Source of the DNA: Actinomycetota bacterium
GTDB lineage: Bacteria > Actinomycetota > Acidimicrobiia > IMCC26256 > VFJJ01
DNA length: 58,287 bases
NCBI GenBank assembly: GCA_009886115.1
Contig: VFJJ01000057.1
Coordinates: 1-58,287, forward strand
Direction of reading: 5' to 3'
Below the pieces are notes generated by a model. The model made no database searches. It saw only the letters and a list, made by a program, of their open reading frames with translations, and had not been told where the DNA came from. Below are positions 1 through 8,657 of the stretch, one piece after another. Positions within the stretch are counted from its first letter, which is position 1, and each line of letters begins with the position of its first letter. The position numbers were made by a program, and so were the translations under genes.

Positions 1-1
1 G

Positions 2-3000
2 GCCCTGATGCCAGCGCAGCGACTGCATGCCGGCCACGTAGATCGCCTCGGCCCCGGGCTCCTCGAGGTGGCGCCCGAGCTGGTAGGCCTGCTCGGTGAG
101 CTGCTCGGCCGTGGCCAGATGGCCGGCGAGCAGCTCACGCTCGGCCGCGACATATGTGACGATCCAGCGCATGTCGGGTCGGCCGACCTCGTCGGCGATC
201 CGGGTCATCCGCCGGTAGAGCCGATCGGCCAGGACGACATCGGAGCGCAGCATGGCGCCGTAGCGACCGCGGTGGGCCGCGCCGAAGATCGCCGTCGGAT
301 CACCCGACCGCTCGGCGAGCGCGAGCATTTCCTCCGCCTCCGCAGGATCTTCAACGCCAAGTCCACCCGTCCCGGGTTGACCCAGCGACCAGACGTCGGC
401 GAGCGTTTCGAGGTCGTCGAGGCGCCGGGCGATCGCCACTGCGTGTTCACGGTCGGCGTGCGCCTGATCGGGATTGGAGAACATGCCGTCGTAGCCGAGT
501 CGGGCGAGGAGCCGAGCGCGGGCCGGGCTGTCGTGGCTGCCGACCTGGTCGAGCGCGGCCTGCAGGAGCGCCCGGGAGTCGAGATCGCCGGGATAGCCGC
601 GTTGATAGTCGGTGAGCGCCGCCTGGACGAGGGAGTCGGTGTCACCGAGGCGGGTGGCGAGCGCGGCGGCGTCGAGCCGGGTCTGGCGGAACGTGCGGTC
701 ACCGGCCTGGACCTGGGCCTGAGCCAACCGGAGGAGAAGGCCGCACGTCAGCTGCTCGTCCGGGTCGGGGGTGCGCCGGTGGAGCTGGAGGGCCTGGCGG
801 TACCAGCGCACGGCTTCGTCGGGGGCCAGCGCTTCGAGCGCACGGTCACCGGCTCGGGTGGCGTGCCCGGCGGCGAGGGTGAGATCGGCCGGGGTGACGG
901 CCGCCTCGGCCCAGTGCCGGGCCAGCTCGGTGATCCGGGCGTCGCTGAGGCCGTGCCCGAGCGCCTCGATGGTCTCGGCGATGCGGCGGTGGGTTCGAGC
1001 CCGGCGGGTGGCGGTGAGCTCGTCGTAGAGCGCGTGCTGGATGAGCGCGTGGGCGAAGGCGAACCGCTCGGCGGCGATGGTCTCGATGAGGGCGGCGGCC
1101 TCGGCCCGCTCCAGGGTGGTGATGACATCGTCGGCGTCGCGTCCGAGCACCCGGGCGAGCAGCTCGAGATCGAACTCCTGGCCGATCGCCGCGGCGGTGA
1201 CGAGCACGTCCTGGACGTCGGCGCCGAGCCGGGCCACGCGGCGCCGGACCAGACCCCGAACGGCGTCGGGCAGGACCCCGGCGCGCAGCTCGGTCCCGGT
1301 CTCGTGCAGGTGCCGGAACAGCTCGCCGGCGAAGAGCGGGTTGCCGTCGGTCTCGCGGTGAAGCGCGTCGGCCAGTGCCGGATCGGCACCGGTCAGGCGG
1401 GCGATGTCGTCTGGGCTCAGCCCGGCGAGCTTGATGTGTTGGACCGCCGGGTCGGTGGTGATGACCGGGAGCATGTCGGTGAGTGGCGTGTCGCCGTCGA
1501 GATCGGTGTGCCGGTATGTGGCCACGACCAGCAGCCGGGCCCCGGAGGCCGACGACAACAGGTGCCGGAGCAGGACGAGCGTCGCCTTGTCGGCCCAGTG
1601 GAGATCGTCGATCACGAACACCACCGGCGCCCGGGTCGATGCCTCGGTGAACGTGGCGACGGCGGCGTTCATCACGAGGTAACGCTCGGTCTCGGGGTCG
1701 GTGGCCGGCGGTTCGGGCAGCGACGATCGCCGCTCGGTGACCGAGGGGACGAGCCGGGCCAGCTCGGCGAGCCGGCGATCGCCGATCGCGTCGATGGCGG
1801 GGTCGGGAAGATGTTCGACGAGCTGGGTGAGCGCTTCGACGAACGGACGGTACGGGACCCGCAGGTCCTCGTCGCAGCGTCCGTGCAGCACCCACGCACC
1901 CGAGGCATGAGCCGTACGGGCTGCGGCTCCGGCGAGGGTCGTCTTGCCGATGCCCGACTCCCCGGCGATGAGCGCCATTCGGAGCTGACCGGCAACGGCT
2001 GCGCCGGCCAGGCCGGAGAGCACCCGGAGCTCGGCGTCGCGACCGACGAAGGTCGATCGGGTCGCTGCGGTCAGGCGCGGCGGCAGCGGCGGCGGATCGG
2101 GCTGGGCGGCGCGTGAGTCGAGGAGCTCTGTCGCCTCTCGTTCGACTCCGGCGCAGCCGTGCTCGCGGGCGAGCGGTCGTGCGGCCTCGAGGAGGGCGAC
2201 GGCGCGTTCCCGGTCGCCGGGTCCACGGCGCTCGAGGAGCATCCGGGCCCAGGCGAGCCGGGTGCGGGCGAGGAAGAACGGGGCCCGGATCTTCTCGTTG
2301 ACGGTCTGGGCCCGGGCGAAGAGCTCGTCGGCAACGTCCAGCCGCTGTTGCTGCGCGGCGAGCACACCAAGGGCATGGGCCACGGAGCCGGGCCAAAGCG
2401 CGCCGGTCGATGCGACCTGGTCGCGGAACGGGAGCATCAGGTCGAACAGGGCGGCGGCGTCGGCGGGGGAACCGACCCGGTCGCACACCTCGGCCCATAC
2501 GACCGCCCGGCCCAACCAGCCGACCTGACCCGAGATCCCTTCCCGCCGGGCGGTGCTGAGGAGCAGTCCGGCCTCCTCGAGCCGGCCGGCGGCCGAAAGG
2601 GCCAAGGCCATCACTGCGGTGCCCGATCCGTCGTAGAAGCTATCGAAGAGCTGGACCTGGGCCAGTAGATCGAGCTCGCCGGCGATCCGGCCGGCGTGCC
2701 AGGCGATGGCGGTCCGGTGCCACTGGGCGAACATCCCGGCTTGGGCCGTGGTTTCCCCAGCCGCGTGGTCGACCGCGTCGGCGCTCAACCGTTCGGCCTC
2801 GGCCGTGTCGCCGTGCAACAGGGCGAGGCTGGCCCGGTACGTCCGGTTCGTCCATTGCAACGCCGGTAGTCCGGTCTCGGCGGCGATCGCGGCCATCGCC
2901 TCGAGCCATCTCGCGGCCTCCTCGATGTCGCCCGACTCCACCGCCGCATGCACCCGCCACATGGCCGACCAGTGCACCAGTACCGGGTCGCCGAGCCGGT

Positions 3001-6000
3001 CAGCGAGCTCGACGGCCTCGGCGGTGATCTCGAGCCGTTCAACCAGCGTCTCGGGAACCCAGATCGCGAAGGCCACGAGGTTCAGGATCTGGGCCAGCAG
3101 CGCGGGAGCGTCGAGCCGGCGCGCGATGGCCAGGGCCTCGTCGGCCAGAGTCCGGCACCGCTCGAGATCGTCACCGACTCTCAGCTCGGCGGCCAGCGTG
3201 CCCAGCAGGCGCGCCCGAATCGGAGGGTCGCGCTCGTCGACCGCGGCGAGCGCAGCCTCGAGCATCTCGACCCGGTCAGTGGACAGCCCGCCGGCCGGGT
3301 CCACGAAACCTCGGCTGTTGGCCAACGTCGCCCGGGCCAACAGGCCGACGTCGCCGATGCGCCGGGCAAGGCGGCCGGCGTCGAGCAACGTGACGCGATA
3401 CACGGGATCGCCGGCGTTGCGTTGGGCCCGACCGAGACGCACGAGCAGGTCGCCGCTCGTGGCCTCCGCCGGTTCGCCGGTGCTTGGTGCGAGGAGCTCG
3501 AGGGCCTGGCCGTACCAACGGACGGCTTCATCAGGGGCCAGGGCCCTCATGGCGAGATCGCCTGCGGTGCGGGCGTAGCCGACCGCCCTGGCGGCACCGT
3601 CGGGCGTCGTCGTCGCCGCCCAGTGCCGGGCCAGCTCGGCGGCTCGCCGGCCGGTCGGATCGACCGCTTCGATCGCCTCGGCGACCCGTCGATGGAGCCG
3701 GGCCCGCCGGGTGGGGGTGAGGCCGGCGGCGATCGTGGTGGTGACCAGGCCATGGGCGAACACGAACCGTCCGGGCGCGACGCTCTGCACCAGACCGGCC
3801 GCTTCGGCAGCCTCGAGCGCGTCGAGCACCCCGTCCTCGTCCTCGTCGCCTCCGGCGGCGGCGACCGTGGCCAGATCGAACTCCCGGCCGATGACCGACG
3901 CGACCTGCAGGACGCGCTGGCCCGGCTCGCCGAGGCGGGCGACGCGCCTGCCGATCACCTCGCGGATGCTGTCGGGAAGCCCGGCCGCGTCGAGATCGGC
4001 ATGTGGGACCCAGCGGCCCGCCTCGTCGAGGTAGACGGCGCCGGTCTCGGCCAGGTGCCGCAGCAGCGCCTCGGTGAAGAACGGGTTCCCGTCGGTCTCG
4101 CGGTGGATGGCGCGCACCAGGCGCAACGCCTCGTCCTCGAGGTCCTGGCCGCTCATCGCCTCGACCAGGGCCACGACCTCGCGATCGGCCAGACCGTGCA
4201 AGGCCACCCGTTCGGTGAAGGCGTCGCGCCGCAGCGAGGCCAGCAGGTCGGTCAGCGGATGCCCCGCCGCCAGATCGCTGTCGCGGTAGGTGCCGATCAC
4301 CAGCAGCCGAGGCTGTCCGGTCTGCTCGACGGCATGGCGCAACAGCAACAGCGTCGGCTTGTCGGCCATCTGCAGATCGTCGAGCACCACGACCAGCGGG
4401 GCCCCGGTACACGCCGCGCCGAGCACGGCGCTCACGGCGCTGAACAACGACCAGCGGTCGGCGTCGGGGTCGCCGCGCACCGGCTGCGCCAGCCCGGGCA
4501 CCCGGTCGTTGACCGCGGGCACCAGCCGTGACAGGTCGACGAGACGGCGGCGGCCGATGCCCTCCAGCGTGTCGACCCGCAGGTGCTCGACGAGATGGCC
4601 GAGCGCCTCGATCCAGGGCCGGTACGGCACGCCCATGTCCTCGTCGCAGTGTCCGAACACCACGATCGCGCCCTGCCCGTGGGCCGCTCGAGCCATCTCC
4701 GCGGCCAGGCTGGTCTTGCCGATCCCCGGCTCACCCGAGATGAGCACGATCTGCGCGCTACCGGCGGCCGCCTGCTCGAACCTCGTCCCGATCCGTTCAC
4801 GCTCGGGGTCCCGACCGACGAATCCCCCCGTCGGCGTGGCCACGAGTAGACGGGGCAGCGGCACCCGACCGGCCTCCGTCGTGTCGGGCGTGGTCGTCGT
4901 GTCCGGCGTGGTCGTCGTGTCCGGCGTGGTCGTCGTGTCGGGCGTCGAGCGCACGCCCAGCCGCTGGAGCAGATAGACGCGCTCGGGGCGATCGATGTCG
5001 CGCAGCTCCTGGACACCCAGCTCGATGAGATGCCATCCGTTCGGGAGATCGTCGATGACCAGCTCGGCGGTGGCCTGGCTCACCGTTACGACCCTCGCCC
5101 GGGCCACGGCCCGCAAACGGGCGGCCCGGTTGACGGTCCTTCCGAAATAATCGCCCGCCCGTTCCTGCGCCTCGCCGGTGTGCACGGCGACCCGGACATC
5201 GAGCGGGGTCGCGGCCGGCCACGGCTCCGCGGCCACCGCGGCCTGCGCGTCGATCGCCGCGGCGACCGCGTCGGAAGCACGCTGGAACACGCTGAACGTC
5301 GAGTCCCCTTCCCCACGGGCCTTCAAGAGCACACCGCCGTGGGCTTCGACCGTGCCGCGCAGCAGGTCCTCGTGCCGGGCCACCGTCTCGGCCATGGTGG
5401 CGGGTGCCGTCTCCCACAGTCGCGTCGAGCCGACGATGTCGCTCAGCACGAACGTGACGACCCCCGTGGGTAGAACCGTGGGTCGAGGGCCCGTCTCCGC
5501 CGGAGGGTGCCAGGCCAGCTCGGGTTGCTGGCGCAGCACCCGCGCCTCCAGGTCCTGCAGCTCCGGGCTGGGGTCGATACCCAGCTCGTCGGCGAGGTGG
5601 CGGCGCAGACGTTGATAGGCCCGCAACGCGTCCGCCTGGCGACCCTGCCGGTACAACCCGGTGATCAGATGCGCCCACAGGCGTTCGCGCAGCGGTTCCT
5701 CGACGACCGCCGCTTCCGCCGCGGCGACGACCTCGGCGTGCTCACCGAGCACCAGCCGGGCTTCGAGCAGCGCTTCGACGGTCACCAACCGCAACTCGCC
5801 GAGCCGGGCCACCTCCACCAGCGCCCAACCGGCACCCGCGGCGTCGGCCAGGGCCGGTCCCCGCCACCAGAGCAACGCCCGTTGCCCGTGAGCGACCGCG
5901 CCGGCCGCGTCGCCCGCCGTCAGGCATCGCCGGGCCTGCGCGACCTCACCGTCGAACGAACCGACGTCGAGCTCACCGTCGGCGACAACCAACCGATACC

Positions 6001-6250
6001 CGCCTGGAGCATGGACCAACCGCTCGGCGCCCAGCGCCTTGCGCAGCTGCGACACGTAACCCTGCAGCGTCTGGGCGGCCGAACGCGGCGGGCTCCCGTC
6101 CCACAGATCCTCGATGAGCCGCTCGGCGGGGACCGCACGGTTGGCGTCGACCAGCAGGCGAACCAGCAGGGCCCGGGGCTTGGCCGCGCCGAACACGACC
6201 TCCTCCCCGCCGGTGCGTACCACCAGTGGCCCCAGGATCCCGAACTCCAC
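2..6250 (-). CDS. Giant multidomain regulator, partial (runs off left edge): SARP winged-HTH + BTAD + class III adenylyl cyclase + STAND/AAA ATPase + TPR-like + second STAND/AAA ATPase + TPR-like
   Basis: Manual translation from GTG 6250 (GGAGG upstream): VEFGILGPL..KPRALLVRLL..IEDLW (SARP); EPLRERLWAHLITGLYRQGRQADAL..LGIDPSPEL (BTAD); TFVLSDIVGST..KARGEGDS..VHTGE..GDYFGRTVNRAAR (cyclase); GEPGIGKT..VLDDLQMAD..TDGNPFF; then GESGIGKT..VIDDLHWAD..TDGNPLF. No stop found. The plus-strand shadow ORFs from 8 to 6355 all share one frame, consistent with a single continuous ORF. Confidence 0.9.
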   Translation of the reverse strand, partial: MEFGILGPLVVRTGGEEVVFGAAKPRALLVRLLVDANRAVPAERLIEDLWDGSPPRSAAQTLQGYVSQLRKALGAERLVHAPGGYRLVVADGELDVGSFDGEVAQARRCLTAGDAAGAVAHGQRALLWWRGPALADAAGAGWALVEVARLGELRLVTVEALLEARLVLGEHAEVVAAAEAAVVEEPLRERLWAHLITGLYRQGRQADALRAYQRLRRHLADELGIDPSPELQDLEARVLRQQPELAWHPPAETGPRPTVLPTGVVTFVLSDIVGSTRLWETAPATMAETVARHEDLLRGTVEAHGGVLLKARGEGDSTFSVFQRASDAVAAAIDAQAAVAAEPWPAATPLDVRVAVHTGEAQERAGDYFGRTVNRAARLRAVARARVVTVSQATAELVIDDLPNGWHLIELGVQELRDIDRPERVYLLQRLGVRSTPDTTTTPDTTTTPDTTTTPDTTEAGRVPLPRLLVATPTGGFVGRDPERERIGTRFEQAAAGSAQIVLISGEPGIGKTSLAAEMARAAHGQGAIVVFGHCDEDMGVPYRPWIEALGHLVEHLRVDTLEGIGRRRLVDLSRLVPAVNDRVPGLAQPVRGDPDADRWSLFSAVSAVLGAACTGAPLVVVLDDLQMADKPTLLLLRHAVEQTGQPRLLVIGTYRDSDLAAGHPLTDLLASLRRDAFTERVALHGLADREVVALVEAMSGQDLEDEALRLVRAIHRETDGNPFFTEALLRHLAETGAVYLDEAGRWVPHADLDAAGLPDSIREVIGRRVARLGEPGQRVLQVASVIGREFDLATVAAAGGDEDEDGVLDALEAAEAAGLVQSVAPGRFVFAHGLVTTTIAAGLTPTRRARLHRRVAEAIEAVDPTGRRAAELARHWAATTTPDGAARAVGYARTAGDLAMRALAPDEAVRWYGQALELLAPSTGEPAEATSGDLLVRLGRAQRNAGDPVYRVTLLDAGRLARRIGDVGLLARATLANSRGFVDPAGGLSTDRVEMLEAALAAVDERDPPIRARLLGTLAAELRVGDDLERCRTLADEALAIARRLDAPALLAQILNLVAFAIWVPETLVERLEITAEAVELADRLGDPVLVHWSAMWRVHAAVESGDIEEAARWLEAMAAIAAETGLPALQWTNRTYRASLALLHGDTAEAERLSADAVDHAAGETTAQAGMFAQWHRTAIAWHAGRIAGELDLLAQVQLFDSFYDGSGTAVMALALSAAGRLEEAGLLLSTARREGISGQVGWLGRAVVWAEVCDRVGSPADAAALFDLMLPFRDQVASTGALWPGSVAHALGVLAAQQQRLDVADELFARAQTVNEKIRAPFFLARTRLAWARMLLERRGPGDRERAVALLEAARPLAREHGCAGVEREATELLDSRAAQPDPPPLPPRLTAATRSTFVGRDAELRVLSGLAGAAVAGQLRMALIAGESGIGKTTLAGAAARTAHASGAWVLHGRCDEDLRVPYRPFVEALTQLVEHLPDPAIDAIGDRRLAELARLVPSVTERRSSLPEPPATDPETERYLVMNAAVATFTEASTRAPVVFVIDDLHWADKATLVLLRHLLSSASGARLLVVATYRHTDLDGDTPLTDMLPVITTDPAVQHIKLAGLSPDDIARLTGADPALADALHRETDGNPLFAGELFRHLHETGTELRAGVLPDAVRGLVRRRVARLGADVQDVLVTAAAIGQEFDLELLARVLGRDADDVITTLERAEAAALIETIAAERFAFAHALIQHALYDELTATRRARTHRRIAETIEALGHGLSDARITELARHWAEAAVTPADLTLAAGHATRAGDRALEALAPDEAVRWYRQALQLHRRTPDPDEQLTCGLLLRLAQAQVQAGDRTFRQTRLDAAALATRLGDTDSLVQAALTDYQRGYPGDLDSRALLQAALDQVGSHDSPARARLLARLGYDGMFSNPDQAHADREHAVAIARRLDDLETLADVWSLGQPGTGGLGVEDPAEAEEMLALAERSGDPTAIFGAAHRGRYGAMLRSDVVLADRLYRRMTRIADEVGRPDMRWIVTYVAAERELLAGHLATAEQLTEQAYQLGRHLEEPGAEAIYVAGMQSLRWHQG
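4878..4945. repeat. 18-bp tandem repeat (about 3.8 copies) encoding a (TPDTTT)n linker
   Basis: GTCGTGTC(G/C)GGCGTGGTC repeated in frame between the cyclase and first ATPase domains. Confidence 0.9.
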
Positions 6251-6359
6251 GGCCACCTCCCCGGTCGCGCGGGCAGATGGTACGTCGTTACGGGCGAACG
6301 CGAGCGATCCTCCAGCACGGCGCGAGGACCGCTCAAGCGGCGAGGCGCACGCTGACGAC

Positions 6360-7418
6360 ATGCTCGAGATCAGAACTGCCACCACACCCGAAGAGAACGA
6401 AGCCGTCTACCGGTTCCGCTACTCCATCTACGTTCAGGAGATGGGCCGCTACCAGACCATCGCCGACCATACCCGCCGCCGGCTCGCCGATCCCGAGGAC
6501 GACCGCAGCTGGATCGTCTACGCCCACGACGGTACCAACGTGGTCGGGACGATCCGCCTGACCTGGGGTGGCGACGGATTTTCCGACCGCCAGATCAGCC
6601 AGTACGGACTCGGGCCGTTCCTGGAGGAGATCCCGGCCGCCGTGATGGCCGTCGGCGAGCGCGCCATGATCTGCCCGGCATGGCGGGGTGGAGATCTCTT
6701 CGCCGAGCTGGCCAACGGTACCCAGGAACTCATCACCCGCCACGACGTCCGTGTCGTGTTCGGGGCCTGCGAGCCGCACCTGCTGTCGCTGTACTCCCGG
6801 TACCAGCGCCCCTACGCCACGAGGAACATCAACAGCCCCGAGGCCGGTTACCTCATCCCCCTGATCGCCTTCCCCCGAGGACCCGAAGCGCTCACCGGCC
6901 TCGGAGACGGACCGGGAACCCCCCGCTGCATCCACGACGTCCTCGACCGCACCGGAACCGTGAGCAACGCCATGCTGTCCGAACCAGCGGCCTACCACCA
7001 GCAGCTGCACCGGACGCTCGAGCAGCTCCCCGGCTCGCTCTTCGACGGCCTCACCGACGACGAGCTCGACCGGGCCACGGTCCACAGCAGCATCATCGAC
7101 TGCGCCCCCGGCGACCGGATACTCAAGCAGGGCGGCGTCGCCCGCAACGTCTTCGTCGTCCTCGCCGGCACCCTCGAGGTCAGCGACCACGGGCACCCCA
7201 TCGGCGTCGTCCACCCCGGTGAGGTCTTCGGCGAGACCGCCTACCTGCTCCAGCAACCCCGCAGCTACGACGTTGACGTGACCAGCGACGGCACCCGCAT
7301 CCTCAACCTCAGCGAACGCACGCTGCGCACGCTGACCGAACACGATCCCGTCGTCGCGACCAAGCTCCTCGGCAACATCTCCAAGACCCTGTGCCGGCGA
7401 CTCAGCACCGCCGGCTGA
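6360..7418 (+). CDS. GNAT N-acyltransferase (N-acyl amino acid synthase FeeM/NasP-like) fused to a C-terminal cyclic-nucleotide-binding domain
   Basis: N-terminus EIRTATT..EAVYRFRYSIYVQEMG..DPED..VGTIRL; C-terminal phosphate-binding cassette GEVFGETAYLLQQPRSYDV. ATG at 6360 preferred over the track start at 6114, which overlaps the divergent gene. Confidence 0.8.
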   Translation: MLEIRTATTPEENEAVYRFRYSIYVQEMGRYQTIADHTRRRLADPEDDRSWIVYAHDGTNVVGTIRLTWGGDGFSDRQISQYGLGPFLEEIPAAVMAVGERAMICPAWRGGDLFAELANGTQELITRHDVRVVFGACEPHLLSLYSRYQRPYATRNINSPEAGYLIPLIAFPRGPEALTGLGDGPGTPRCIHDVLDRTGTVSNAMLSEPAAYHQQLHRTLEQLPGSLFDGLTDDELDRATVHSSIIDCAPGDRILKQGGVARNVFVVLAGTLEVSDHGHPIGVVHPGEVFGETAYLLQQPRSYDVDVTSDGTRILNLSERTLRTLTEHDPVVATKLLGNISKTLCRRLSTAG

Positions 7419-7719
7419 GGCTGCAGCGCCGCGCGCCGCTCAGGAGCGAACCGCACGATGTCGACCCTGCCCAGTCCTCGGGATGGCCCGTTCGACGGCG
7501 GAACCGTGACCGGTACGAGGACAGGACACGCCGACAGCGGCGTGCGCCCCGATCACTGAGCGCGAGGCCACCACTGCTGCCCCGGTCCCGCGGTGGTCGA
7601 AACCTGTCGACATCGACGCGCTGAGCGACGACGAGCAACGTGCCGTTGCAAGGGGTACAGCGATGGAGGTCGAACGGCCCGTACGTCCCTCGCGCAAACG
7701 GCAGGCTCAGGGTCGGTCG

Positions 7720-8556
7720 CTACGCCTCGGCCGTCCAGACGACGGGAAACTGGGCTGGGTCGAGCTCGAGCGAGCCCGGCGAGAACCAGCGGCTGTAGAC
7801 GGGGTGGCGCACCGTGGGATGGTGACGGGTGCCGAGCCGGCCGAGATGGCTGACGACGCTCCGACGTTGACGGTCGGGTCGCTCATTGGGTGGGCTGCCG
7901 TGGAACGTCCAACCGTGGTGGAACGCAGCCCCGCCGGCGGGAACCTCGACGGGCGCGAGCAGGCTGTCGACGTCGATGCCGGCGGGCGCCTGGGCCCGGG
8001 CCAGCGCCAGCCAGTCGTCGGGAGCGTGGAAGTTGTCGCCGGTAGCGCTCGGAGCCCACCGGTGCGATCCTCGGACGTACCAGATGGTGCCGGTGTCGGC
8101 CGCGGTGTCGTCGAGCGCCATCCAGCAGGTGGTCATGTTCACCGGGTCGAGCCAGCCGTTGTAGGAGTTGTCGCGATGAGCGCCGATGGCCAGCCCGAGT
8201 GGCGGTTTCCACAAGACGTTGTCCTGCAGGAGGACCATCCCCGGAGCGTTCTCGAGCAGCGCGGCGAACTCGCCCTGACGGGCCGAGCGGGTCGTGGCCG
8301 CCACCACCGGGTCAGCCTTCCATGCGTTGCAGAGCTGCAGCGTCCGCTGGCCCCCGTCGGTGGCGGCGGTGTGCGCGATCGCGTTTGCTGTCGCGTCGTT
8401 CACCTCGTCCGGTGCGACCCCCGTCGCCCAGTTCCGGGCGAACAGCGGCGCGAACCGGGCAACGACGGCGGCGACCTCGTCCTCGGGCAGCAGCCGCTCG
8501 ACGACGACGAAGCCGTCACGCCGGTACTGCTCCGCCTGCTGATCCGTGGGTTGCAT
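7720..8556 (-). CDS. Phytanoyl-CoA dioxygenase family Fe(II)/2-oxoglutarate oxygenase
   Basis: YRRDGFVVVERLL; WKPP..AHRD (HxD); TCWMALDD; GSHRW; FHHGWTFHGS..N..RR; GGAGG RBS. Confidence 0.88.
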   Translation of the reverse strand: MQPTDQQAEQYRRDGFVVVERLLPEDEVAAVVARFAPLFARNWATGVAPDEVNDATANAIAHTAATDGGQRTLQLCNAWKADPVVAATTRSARQGEFAALLENAPGMVLLQDNVLWKPPLGLAIGAHRDNSYNGWLDPVNMTTCWMALDDTAADTGTIWYVRGSHRWAPSATGDNFHAPDDWLALARAQAPAGIDVDSLLAPVEVPAGGAAFHHGWTFHGSPPNERPDRQRRSVVSHLGRLGTRHHPTVRHPVYSRWFSPGSLELDPAQFPVVWTAEA

Positions 8557-8583
8557 GGCCTTTCCTCCGTGCCGAATCGAGAA

Positions 8584-8609
8584 TAGACTCCGCGAGGAAA
8601 CAGAGTTTC
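8584..8609 (+). promoter_or_regulatory. Candidate -10 (TAGACT) and inverted repeat GAAAC-AGA-GTTTC in a divergent promoter
   Basis: AT-richer 100-bp gap between divergent genes; TANNNT hexamer at 8586-8591 region; palindrome at 8597-8609. Confidence 0.35.
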
Positions 8610-8657
8610 TCCACATTCAACACGCTGCCGCTCGAGAGTTCGAGCGCGGGGGACACG

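Noticed and set aside
2..6250. Avs-type anti-phage STAND system
   Set aside because: The architecture is SARP/LAL regulatory type; no nuclease, protease or other toxic effector and no defence-island context.
8..6355. Long plus-strand ORFs (702, 527, 282 aa and others)
   Set aside because: Codon-aligned antisense shadows of the giant minus-strand gene; no motifs.
7419..7719. Small ORFs in the 300-bp convergent gap
   Set aside because: Arg/Pro-rich, no RBS or motifs.
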